NCBI RefSeq assembly: GCF_006345805.1
Contig: NC_043007.1
Coordinates: 16,554,001 to 16,618,000 of the forward strand
DNA length: 64,000 bases
Direction of reading: 5' to 3'
DNA from: Octopus sinensis
Lineage: Eukaryota
Part shown: positions 12,845-24,944 of the stretch, piece after piece
Layout of the letters: each line of letters opens with the position of its first letter
Numbering within the stretch: position 1 is the first letter of the stretch
The notes under the pieces: model-generated
Database searches by the model: none
Told to the model about the DNA's origin: nothing
Seen by the model: only the letters and a program-made list of their open reading frames with translations
Made by a program: the position numbers and the translations under genes

Positions 12845-15800
12845 TTGCAAAACCCTGTTGAAATATTAGAAGTTAAAAGAAAATGACAGAACTAGGGAAA
12901 TTCTTGAGGTCAGGACACAGAGAAAGAAAGTCTCCTTTTACAATAGAAAATTTAAAAATAAAACACAAGTTATGTAATCTGAAGCTTCACTTTTTTTCAG
13001 TTCTATTTTACAACAGGAAGTAAATTTCAATATTTGGCTTATTCTCTATAATCATAGATCATTGGATCAATGAAGAACTGCTAATGTTTTCATATTTATG
13101 TAGAGAAACAAGATAAAATATGCATCCACATTAGCAATGATACAAGACAAAACAAAAAAACTAAAATCTGAAAGTTAGAAAAAAGTTGTAATACCCAAGC
13201 CTTTCTCAGAAGCATTAATAACACAAGTAAAGCCAGTCACATAAAACACTACCAAGTACGTACACACACACACACACACACACAGAGTAATTAATAAGAT
13301 GAGCTGAACAGTGTGGCTATAAAGACATGCAAAAAAATTTTTTTTAGAAAAATTGCCTAACCCATCCCTCCACAGAAACTGGACTTAAATCAATAAACAC
13401 ACAGACCTATTTGTGTATGTTTGAAGGAAATACTTTAACAGAGCATTTTGCATACTAAATACTAATGCCTCACATATGTAACACAGTGTTCTAAAATTTT
13501 AACTATCTACGCAATTAGCAGAGAAGAAAATTCTCAATAACAGGGTTTAAAATGTAAAAATAAAGGAGATAATTGCAACAAGATCAGGTCAGATTTTTGG
13601 AAACTGTATAGTTTATGCTGGTCTATAAATCTCTGTTAATCCAAGACTTTCAACGCATTATGAAAGCCTACTGTATTTCAAATATGTAGAATGGTACCAA
13701 GACATTTCCCTATTCAGTTATATTATTCACTAGCTTAAAAGCTGCACTCCATGCAGCTCCTGTGGAGAGTTAATTGGGTCTGCAGCCCCAAACTAAAGAG
13801 AGCTAAATAGCATGACTATAACACACCTATAATGACTATATGCACCAGTGGTGTTTGATCAGAGGTTAAGGACAGATGAGAATTCTGTAATGCAATTATT
13901 CTACTGTTCCAGTCCCAAGTTAAATTCCAATTGTCGACCAATTCGTCCCAAAGTTCTTTCTTATCTTGGTATAAAATTAACAAAGTGAATGTCATGTATC
14001 TTACCCTTGATCTCTGACGTCATCTGACAAACACCAACCAAGATACTAGAAATAACAACCCAAATGCTTTTAAATCAGAATCCCAATGCTGGATGTTAAA
14101 GAACCAAATGAAGGGTAGATTTTCAATCCCGGGATCATCCTGATTCCAAAAACGTATATGTCTATGTAGAGAAACAGGGGTCCCAAACAGACAGACAGAA
14201 TTTTGCTTTTATTATTATAGATATGACCAGCATTACTGTGTTTGCTCCTTTTCTTGCCAACTGAGGAGATCCAGTAAAATCATAGCAATGGCAGTTGTTT
14301 TTACCTGTTGACTTTAGAGACCAGATCCACTCCTATCAGCATAATTGAAGTTTTAGGAAAATATGTGATCTTAAGGCAATTATCTTATTTGATTCTTTTC
14401 AGATTTTAAATACCACTAAAGGGAGTATTTGTTCATTAATTGCATGGACAATCTCATTTAACTGAAGTTTTTCAAATCATTATCTTATTTTGCCATTTTA
14501 TCTTAAAGTCTTAATTACTGCAAGTTACTTGACAACCCCACTAGCACTAGAGGCACACAAAAAGCACCCATTACAAACTGTAAAGTGGTTGGTATTAGGA
14601 AAAGCACCCAGCCATAGAAACAATGCCAACACACTGGAACAAGGTGCAGCCCTTTGGTTCTCCATATCCTGTCAAACTGACTGACCCATGCCAGCAAGGT
14701 AAATGGATGTTTGATGATGATGATGATGAAATAATACTATTATTAACCTTCCATCTTAAACATATTTCTTTTAAATCTTAATATTTAGTTTTAAAATTTG
14801 GTAAAATAGTTATATAACTGTAATTCATTACAATTCAAATGGATAGCACATATCAATCTGAAATGGGGATGATTAGGAATATAATCAGGGACACCAACAA
14901 CATAAAACTAATTATAATATATTCAATAACCAAGCTAAGATACTGTAAATTTTAATTCCAGGATTTAACTTACTCTATCTTATTGTTTTACTTAAGATGG
15001 AAAAGGGTTTAGAAACATCAGTACACTATGCCCTCTCAACCACTTTTAGCAAAGTAACCTTTCATCCTTCACCAGCAACCTTGACAACATAGTCCAGTTG
15101 CAATGGGTATGTTAATCTCCCACTTGTACCTATCTTAATGTTGGTTCAACCACTATTTTAACACCTTCCCTTGGTAACTAAATGCCTCCCCTGTACAACA
15201 GAAATAGGTTTCCATAATGCCACACTATTTCCCTTAAATTTTCAGTAAGTATAAAGGGAAGGGTCCAACTAAAAACCATACCAAAAAATAAAACAAATAG
15301 AAAATAGAATCGTCTTATTGGGAACAACCTCTCTAGTACTAGTGACATATATACCAAATCAATACTGTAAGAACATTAGTTCTTAGTAAAGACATTCAGC
15401 TTTAAGGGGAGGGGAAAAAAAAAGGCGACACAACACATACGTTTTCAGTTCTACAGTATGCACGAAATAACAGGATACCATGATGAGTAGTGAAATATTG
15501 TGAGATAAGTACAACCCACATAACACTAAATGATTGATTAATGGAAAAAAAACAGAAAAAGAGAATCACTAAGTAATTCAAAATGTAATGGGTTTGTTTT
15601 CTGTTTTATTTTTATAAAATTTTATGTGTTTTAGATTTGTTGGAAATCTGTAAATTTACATAAATAGTTCAATACATCTAACCCATGCCGGCATGGAGAA
15701 CAGATACTAAATGGTGCGTGGGTACAACAGACATATTGAAGCTATGGTAAACACAACACAAACTAAGCATTTTTACCATCAGGTATGTTGGTAAACATAA

Positions 15801-16727
15801 GTCATTTTGCAAAGGAATAATAATAACAGTGTGCAAGCAAGAAATGAAATGGTAAGCAACAGCAGAAATTTTAATTTTATAAGAAAAAAAAAATCAATAA
15901 TCCACTAAACATGGGGCTCATCTATGAAAGTACCCACTGATGTAGTGAACTGACTAGACTGTTAGTTTAATCACTTACACTAAAGAATTCTGCAGAAATA
16001 GAACTGGGGCTAACTAAATTGTCTAATTATTACAATAGTAATCCGTATGTTATTCTTTCCTTGTAATAGAGGCAACTTGTAAATCAGATATAGAACACCA
16101 ATTACAATCAGTGTATTAATGACAGGGTATATTAGGAAAAAAAAAAGAATGAAGATTCATTATTGACGATTTCTTTAGCTTACCCATGTTCTGCTAGATT
16201 ATTGGAAACACATATAAGCTAAATAAATTGTTGATAATGGATGTGTGAATATGAATATGAATGTGTGTGTGTAAAATCATAATTTAACGTCCCATTTTCC
16301 ATGCTGGCATGGGTTAGATAGTTTGACTTTAGTGGCAAGGACAAGTGCATCATGTTCAAGTCATTCAGCTTGGTTTCTTCGGTTGGATGCCCTTTCTAAC
16401 ACCAACTACTTTATAGTGTGCTGGGTGCCTTTTATGTGGCACTGGCACAGATGGTATTACATGGGACCAGCATGGGTGCTTTCTCATGTGGTACTGGCAT
16501 GGGGCACTTTACATGGTGCCCACATAGGGCTCTTGCAGGGGGAGTAACATTAACAGCTCTGCTGTGAAGAACAGGTCTTCTCAAGTACAGCGAGGCACCA
16601 GATATTTCAGTCCTTCATCGTATATATATACACACAGTAAGAGAGTGAAATAAAACATATATATATGCTTGCATATATACACCTTTGTGTGTATGTATAT
16701 ATATATATATATATGTATATATATCTC

Positions 16728-18380
16728 ATCTCATCATTTAACATCCGTTTTCCATATTAGCATGGGTTGGACAGTTCGACTGGGATCTGGGAAGCCAGGA
16801 GGCTGCACCAGACTCCAATCTTGATCTGGCAGAGTTTCTACAGCTGGATGCCCTTCATAATGCCAACCACTCCGTGAGTGTAGTGAGTGCTTTTTTACGT
16901 GCCACCAGGACAGTGACCAGAGGAGGCTGTCAACGGACACGACTGGTTGGTGCTTTTTATGTGCCACTGGCATGGAAGGCAGTCAATGGCGGCACTGGCA
17001 TCAGCCACAATCGGCATGTGCATTTTACGTGCCACCGGCAAGGGTATCACAACCACAATTTCCATTTGATTTTTATTTTGATGTTGATGTACTTGACTCA
17101 ATAGGTCTCCTCAAGCACAGCAGGTCACCCTACGATCCAAGGTACTTTTGAATGGGCTGGGGCTGGGGCTGGTTATGCGAAACTGGTGTAGGATACAGCC
17201 ATGAACTAACTCACTTTATTTTCCGGGTCTTTGCAGTCACAGCATATCTCCAGAGGTCTCGCTCTTTCGTCATTGCCTCTGTGAGGCCCAAGGTCATGCT
17301 TGACCACCTCATCCCATGTCTTCCTACCTCTACCCCTGATTCCTTCAACTGTTTGGGAGTGGCACTTCTTCACATATCTCTCCTTATCTATCCATAGTAC
17401 ATAACCATACCAGCACAAACGTCTCTCTTGCACACCACATCTGATACTTCTTATGCCCAACATTTCTCTCAGGGCGTTTACACTGTCATGTGTGCACACT
17501 GACATTACACATCCAGCTTAATTTCTTTTGAGCCTACGTATGTCCTCTGCAGTCATGGCTCACATTTCACTGCCGTGAAGCATGGCAGTTCGCACACATG
17601 CATCAAACAATCTACCTTTCACTCTGAGCGAGAGGCCTTTTGTCACCAGTAGGGGTGGAAGTTTTTTAAACTTTGCCCAGGCTATGCTTATTCTAGTGGT
17701 AACACTCTCTGAGCATCCATCCCCACTATTAACTTGGTCACCCAGGTAGCAGAAGCTATCAACTACTTCTAGTTTCTCCCCCTGGAGTGTGATGGAATCT
17801 GTTTTCTGAACATCTGTAGTGTTTATTGCCCTCGTGCATCTGCGACACACGAAAGCTATTTTCTCGGTTAATCCTCCTTTGATGTTGCTGCACCTCTTAT
17901 GTGTCCATAGCTTACACTGGGTACATCTTATGGAGTTTCTACCAACACCTTTTCTACAAATCGAGTAAAGCCACCTACCTGAAGACATGTGTGATGAGTT
18001 CACCTTCCTACTTACTAGAACTTTGGTCTTTGCTACATTGACTCTAAGACCTTTTGATTCTAAACCTAGCTTCCACACCTGAAATTTCTTTTCTAGTTCC
18101 ATTAGTGATTCTGCTATGAGGGCCAGGTCATCAGCATACAGGAGCAACCCATCTTGAATTCCTCTGTTATTGCCTAGAGGACTATGATGAACAAAAAGGG
18201 ACTGAGGGCTGAACCTTGGTGGACCCCTACTTCTACCCGGAATTCTTCACTATACTCATTGCCAATGCTAACCTTACTAACAGCCTCTCTGTATAGGGCC
18301 TGAACAGCCCTTATTAACCATTCGTCAATCTCCAGTTTCCGCATCACCCACTAGATAAGGGATCGGGGAGAGTGTTAGTG
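16728..18380 (-). mobile_element. 5'-truncated RTE-clade LINE with a reverse-transcriptase C-terminal fragment
   Basis: GVHQGSALSP and LLYADDLALIAES (RT motifs), FCYLGDQV, GIRGRGRKTWDEVVK, then the 3' UTR and (GAT)n tail. ORF 17560-18147 lies inside it. Confidence 0.9.
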
Positions 18381-18399
18381 TGGAAAGCAGACATGAAGT

Positions 18400-18680
18400 G
18401 ATCATCATTTAGCATCTGCCTTCCATGCTGGCATGGGTTGGATGATTTGACAGGCATCAGACTGTGTTTTGGCATGGGTTTTATGGCAGGATGCCCTTCC
18501 TAACACCAACCACCCCACAGAGTGGACTGAGTGCTTTTTACTTGACACTAGCACAAGTGAGATCAGTTTTGGCATGGGTTTTACAGATGGATGCCCTTCC
18601 AAATGGTAACCACTCTACAGCGTGGACTGGATACTTTTTACATGGCACCAGCACTGGCAGGGTCACCAAGTAACTTGCAA
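18400..18680 (-). mobile_element. RTE 3'-end fragments
   Basis: CATCATTTAGCATCTGCCTTCCATGCTGGCATGGGTTGG... matches the RTE tail family. Confidence 0.6.
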
Positions 18681-20187
18681 AACAAAGAACCTTTGAAAGG
18701 GGAGGGGGCACTGGTAGAGGTGGTGATAATGATGAGAACAATGTATATTAATCAAATTCAGAAGTGAGACAAAATATTTATTCTATGTTTACAGCTGTTT
18801 CGTAATATACATGTACGTATATGTCATTATCATTTAACTTTCTTTTCTTCCATGCTGGCATAGATTGGAGAGTACAGCAGGAACTTGTAAGCAACAATGT
18901 CTTCTATGGCATTGTTTCTATTGCTAAATGTCTTTCCTAATGTCAACCAATTTACAGAGTGTACTGGGTGCTTTTGTTACACAGCAGTCTCTCTCAGAGT
19001 GAAAGGCAGATATGATGCTACTTTGGCATGTTATCTATAATTTAAAGGGAGATTTCTTTAGGTTACGTTTTAGTTTAGTTTTCAATTTCTAAAAACTCTC
19101 AAGATGTTGGTTAAAGAATTTTACAAATGTAATCAGTAACAAGATGAAGGCAGTCGCATTTTTATGAAAAAAAAATGGACCTTTTAGACAATGAAGAAAA
19201 TGTTGCACCATGTCATTGTGGTGGTGGAGAAATGAAGGAACAATGAAATTTTGCCAACTTTGCATTGCAAAACTTGCATCTGCCAAACTTGTGTGATCTA
19301 CGTGTATATTTTAATTATTATATTGATTATTCTTGATTTCTTATTATTATTTACTAAGACAAACAAAACATGATTTTATTAATATCAAAATAGTATGAAT
19401 TTTGAAAAAATATATTAACAATGCTAAGTATGTACAAAAGAATTTATAAAAACAATTTAGAAATTGAAAAGGACTTGTAGAAGGACTTGTGGAAGGGAAG
19501 ACTTGGGACACAGTGAAGTCTGACCTCAAGATGTTGAGCCTGTCAGAGGAAATGACAGGGGACCAAGATGAAAGGTTCTGTCAAGCCTTCCTCTACAACT
19601 CATTTTCTAACACTCATTATTCTATGTTATCCCATCTCTTTCCTTCACTTCCCTTGAATTGAGATTCTCTGCAACCAACTCATTCCATATCCCTAATCAT
19701 CTGTCACACTATTTTCACTTTCAGCAAGACACCTGCTCATCCCTCTATCCTAGTTTTTTATTCTTCTATTCCGTACCCCACTCAGTTGAGGTGTCTTGCA
19801 AAAACTTAGTGCTATGTAAAAAGCACCCAGAACACTATGAAGGGATTGGCATTAGAAAGGGAATCCAGTTGTAGAAATCATATATCAAAGCAATCAAAGA
19901 ACCTGGAAAAAAAGGACATTAAATAATAATGGTAATAAATACAGATATACATATATATTGAGAGAAACAGACAGACTGCCAGAGAAAGAGGAGCAAAATA
20001 TTTTGGCACTAGATGAAGAAATTATAGATGTAAATATCAACTTTAATTCATTTTATTTCATTTCTTTGGAAAATACAAAGACTTTCTGTACTTCTATATA
20101 GATGAAATAAGGAAGAATTCCTTCATTTCTTCTGACTAAAGTTATTACCAATATACTATTCTGTACATACATACAAATGTACATGTG

Positions 20188-20231
<44 letters not shown>

Positions 20232-20233
<2 letters not shown>

Positions 20234-20816
20234 AACAATTGAGGATAAAATCTTTAAAGGAATTATCAGTAGTCAGCGTGAAAAACCTCGTAAGAGAAAA
20301 AATCCGTAAATTCTTCCTCTTTGAAAATATTCATTTATATTATATTGAGGGTACTACTATTCATAGATACCAACACGCTAAGAGGGACCAATGCGGTCAA
20401 AACTACTAAAAATAAACAAAATTTTACCGAATGCAAAACTTCAAAACACATCATTTTAAGAAAGAATTCAGTTACATATCACATGTGATTTCGCATTTAA
20501 TGCAGAATATGCATATCATGTTCGTCAGTGCAACAAACTCAAGAAATATAAGAAAAAACATAACATTACAAACTCGATAGCCAACCGTAGAATTCGTCGT
20601 AGCATGTACGAATGTTTATCCTTACATATCTATGAAAATGGCGGGCTTTTTCGCAATGCATTTCGGTAACAAATTGCCTAGTCGGAATAAAAATTCAGTA
20701 TTGAACTATTCCGGTGAAAAATATAAATTAACAATTGAGGATAAAATCTTTAAAGGAATTATCAGTAGTCAGCGTGAAAAACCTCGTAAGAGAAAAAATC
20801 CGTAAATTCTTCCTCT
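20232..20816 (-). mobile_element. Non-coding retrozyme-like / Penelope-LTR-like element with 89-bp terminal direct repeats
   Basis: Identical 89-bp repeats at 20232-20320 and 20728-20816 (496-bp period), (TA)n on both flanks, no ORF of 60 aa or more inside, and an internal hammerhead motif. Confidence 0.75.
20471..20534 (-). ncRNA. Type I hammerhead ribozyme (near-intact core)
   Basis: Minus strand reads GUUGCA-CUGACGA-[acau...augca uauuc ugcau...augc]-GAA-AUCACAUGUGAU-A/-UGUAAC. Stem I is 6 bp (one GU), stem III is the palindrome AUCACAUGUGAU, and the cleavage triplet is AUA (cut between 20477 and 20476). The first stem II pair is A.C instead of G-C. Confidence 0.8.
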
Positions 20817-22867
20817 ATATATATATATATATACACACCCTCCAACAGATATATATGTAGATGCATATTTCTTATGTGTATACATGTGTGTATGTATATA
20901 TATCCATAGGTACACATGTCAGGTCACTTGTGAGATCTCACGAGTGTTACTGGTAATATGGAATCCAGTACAACCTGATGCATAGTCAGGTTGTCCATGA
21001 CTAAACTGCCCCCCACCTCCCACTAGATTTGTCTGGTGAGAAGGGTTCCTAGAAACCCAGCAGGATTAACAAGAACTCGGTGTAGGTTCAACAACCATCT
21101 AGCAATAGCACAGGTCCTCAGAAATTCCAGGTTAGTGTCTGGCATACTGGAAGACAACCAAGAGTAAGGCACTCTGATATAAACTAGATATGCAGGAATT
21201 GCATTGGACATTTTTTTTCATCTTTTACTTGCACTTTAGATCATGGTGCTCCCACATTCCAGAGTCTGCAACCAATATCGGTACTGAATATCTTGCTTTG
21301 GCTGGTTTCTGGATCATATCAATAGGACAGAAAGGTCTATGAGGTGTTGTGCAAGCCTTTTTGGACCTAAGATTTTAGACTGCACTATCAGCAGCAAGGC
21401 AACTTTCCAAAACCTAGTTGAGTAGATAGGCACTAAGGGTGAGCATGGAAGATGTGGGTGCAAGCCAGAGTAAAGCTGACAACAGGTGCAATAACCTTAA
21501 GCATAGGCATTGCTGACATTTTGCAAGGGCAATAGTCAGTGATCTTCCTCTGTCATCAGGTATACATATTTATATACATAGACACATATATACATATATC
21601 TATACATGTAAATATACACACATGTATGTATAGAAATACATGTAGAGGCACGTGGCTTAGTCGTTAGGGTTTTCAACTCATGATTGTAAGTTAGTGATTT
21701 CAATTCCTGGACCAGGTGATGCTTCGTTTCACATTGCTCCAGTCCACTCAGCTGGCAAAACCGAGTAGTCCAGCAACAGACCGGCATTCCATACAGAGGA
21801 AGAATATATACACCACAGAATCTGGGAAGGCGACCGTATGAGCCTATGGCTCAGGAACTTTGATTCATATCTTGATACATATATGTACAGACACAATCAT
21901 ACAGATATAAACGCATATATATATACATATATGCGTATACATATATATTCTCACGGCCACAATTCTTTTTAATATTAGTCTGTTTGATTGGGAATAAACC
22001 CTGGTAAAACAAGGAAAGGAAATTCTATAGAATCGTATATCACAAGTAATATCAGGCTATGCGGAGTTGGAATGGTTTAGTCATAGGAAGAAGGACCAAA
22101 TCAATAGACTATATTCCAAGAGTTACCAAACCAAACACACACACAACGAATCAAAGAATCTGAAAATAACAAATTCCCTGAATTGAAACACTTGATTAAC
22201 AATACCAAAACAAGGAATATCTTTCAGATCAAAGCAAATAAAAACTAAAAGGTTTCTAATTGTTTGTTATTTCACCAACACGAACACGATGTCAACAAGT
22301 TTATAGTTAAAAAACCTTGAGTCATCGTTAGGAAACGTAAAGAAATAAAATGCTAGATCCTAGACGTCACGCATAGGTAGATAGCTGATTGAAATTAAGA
22401 ATGATTTCTAACAGACACAACACTCAAAGGGAGAAATATTAATCGATTATATCGCCTTCTGTAACTGACACTTACTTTATCGGAACGCAGCCGACAGTTG
22501 CGGGATTTAAAAACCATAACGTAAAGGGGACAAACCTACACAAAATATTTCTCATAACGCTCTGCCAATTCTGCCATCCAGCGCCCTCTCCAGGATTTAA
22601 GAATACCATTTTGTATAATTATAGAAAGAATTTAATCCCTTAGATATTGAGCAATCAATATTTTGTCAGAAACAAATCACATAGGCATGAGAGAGAGAGA
22701 GAGAGTTTGCAATACTGGGAACTTAAAGCCACTCAAAAGTCAGGTGGTCATCGTAAAAGGAGAGCTGCATTAAGTCTACTCCACAATCGTAGGGACAATT
22801 CAATCCGACAGGCAAATGCACTCTTCTCGTTCACGACTTGGGCCGACTAGATGCTTATGGTAAGATA

Positions 22868-23889
22868 CCTATTTCTTTACTACCCACAAGGGCTAAACAC
22901 AGAGGAGACAAACAAGGACAGACAAACGGATTAAGTCGATTATATCGACCCCAGTGCGTAACTGGTATTTAATTTATCGACCCCGAAAGGATGAAAGGCA
23001 AAGTCGACCTCGGCGGAATTTGAACTCACAATGTAACGCAGACGAAATACCGCTTAGCATTTCGCTCGGCGTGCTAACGTTTCTTATTTCTTTATTGCCC
23101 ACAAGGGGCTAAACATAGAGGGGACAAACAAGGACAGACAAACGGTCGAATACATCGACCCCAGTGCATAACTGATACTTATTTAATCGACCCCGAAAGG
23201 ATGAACGGCAAAGTCGACCTCGGCGGAATTTGAACTCAGACCGTAGTGGCAGACGAAATACCTATTTCTTTACTACCCGCAAGGGGCTAAACACAGAGGA
23301 GACAAACAAGGACAGACATAGGTGTTAAGTCGATTACATCGACCCCAGTGCGTAACTGGTATTTAATTTATCGACCCCGAAAGGATGAAAGGCAAAGTCG
23401 ACCTCGGCGGAATTTGAACTCACAATGTAACGCAGACGAAATACCGCTTAGCATTTCGCTCGGCGTGCTAACGTTTCTTATTTCTTTATTGCCCACAAGG
23501 GCTAAACATAGAGGGGACAAACAAGGACAGACAAACGGTCGAATACATCGACCCCAGTGCATAACTGATACTTATTTAATCGACCCCGAAAGGATGAACG
23601 GCAAAGTCGACCTCGGCGGAATTTGAACTCAGACCGTAGTGGCAGACGAAATACCTATTTCTTTACTACCCGCAAGGGGCTAAACACAGAGGAGACAAAC
23701 AAGGACAGACATAGGTGTTAAGTCGATTACATCGACCCCAGTGCGTAACTGGTACTTAATTTATCGACCCCGAAAGGATGAAAGGCAAAGTCGACCTCGG
23801 CGGAACTTGAACTCAGAACGTAACTGCAGACGAAATACGGCTACGCATTTCGCCCGGCGTGCAAACGTTTCTGCCAGCTCGCCGCCTTT
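22868..23889 (-). repeat. Head-to-tail array of five tRNA-SINE monomers (393-bp dimer period)
   Basis: CCTATTTCTTTACTACCC recurs at 22868, 23261 and 23654. Only the last monomer has the complete 5' head (GGCGGCGAGCTGGCAGAAACG on the minus strand). The core GTCGACTTTGCCTTTCATCCTTTCGGGGTCGATAAA resembles the Meta/MESC SINE domain. Confidence 0.85.
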
Positions 23890-24510
23890 CTAGATGCTAA
23901 TGGTAAGGATACCGTGAAGTAGAACAGTCCCAAACCACTTTATCACATAGCGAACTTTACATAGCTATGTCCATGAGTCCTAATTACAAATTAAGGAAAG
24001 ACTGGAGGAGAATAACCGTTGTTACCAGCAATGTGACATAAATACAGAATTCAAGCACCCAATTTTCGATTACATGATTGAGTTTTTCAAAAATAAGCGC
24101 GCGCACACGTGTGTATGTGGGTGTAAATCTAGGATGGAACGAAAAATCGAATATATCGACTGAGGGTTTTGAACTCGTGATTCTGCGATTCCTTTAAAAA
24201 AAAATCGTTTCTAACAGACACAAGGCTCCCCAAGTTTTGGAGCGGTTGGTTAATCAATAAAATTGACCTTAGTACTCGACTGGTACTTTATTTTATCGAT
24301 CCCGTCACGATGAACAGAAAAGTCGACCCCTGCGTGAAGGGCCGAAACAAATACTGCAAGGCATTTTTTATCAGACGCAGACAAGATTTTACCATTCCAT
24401 ACTTTCTAAGGAACAATGGCGGGAAGGGCACAAACGGTGTATTTCCCCACCTTAATACTGAACTGATTTTACCGGGCTGGAAAGGAAAAGTCGATTCGCT
24501 ACAACTAATG

Positions 24511-24944
24511 GGCAATCTTTCGTTTGTAGTAGACCTTTCCGTCGATTTCCGTAAAAAATTTTTTTTTTTTTACATATGGGCTTGCGGGAACTTTTGAAGT
24601 AATGAGAGCGAAAGAGACTCAGAGAAAGCGATTGTATGACGAGGGAAGTTCTTTTGAAGTTACCGTGCATGGGAGCATTGATGTACATGTGTGTGTGTGT
24701 GTGTGTGCGTGTGTGTTTGATGGGGTGTGGGAGACAGACAGTATGTTGTGTAAGTGAAGTGCTTCTGTTAGTGTGTGTGAAGAGACAGAGTAATGTGTGA
24801 AAGAAAGAGATAACTGAAATTTTTTACTCGGTGTATGTGTATATGTATGTATATTACTTCAAAAGTTCCCGCAAGCCCATATGTAAAAAAAAAAAAAAAT
24901 TTACGGAAATCGACGGAAAGGTCTACTAGAGACGAAAGATCGCC
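24511..24944. mobile_element. Merlin-like MITE (about 92-bp TIRs, 8-bp TSD)
   Basis: TIRs at 24511-24603 and 24853-24944 begin GGC; perfect TSD AACTAATG at 24503-24510 and 24945-24952. Confidence 0.8.

Noticed and set aside
14000-14030. Possible 19-nt minus-strand microexon (gtcag|ATGACGTCAGAGATCAAGG|gtaag)
   Set aside because: It is frame-shifting, has a weak pyrimidine tract and shows no RCOR similarity.
20930-21100. Possible HDV-like ribozyme at a retroelement 5' end (hairpin ACAACCTGA/TCAGGTTGT followed by GACTAA)
   Set aside because: I could not build P1, P2, P3 or P1.1; only an isolated hairpin is supported.
22868-23889. CRISPR-like or satellite interpretation of the periodic repeats
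   Set aside because: The units are whole SINE bodies without unique spacers, in a eukaryotic context.
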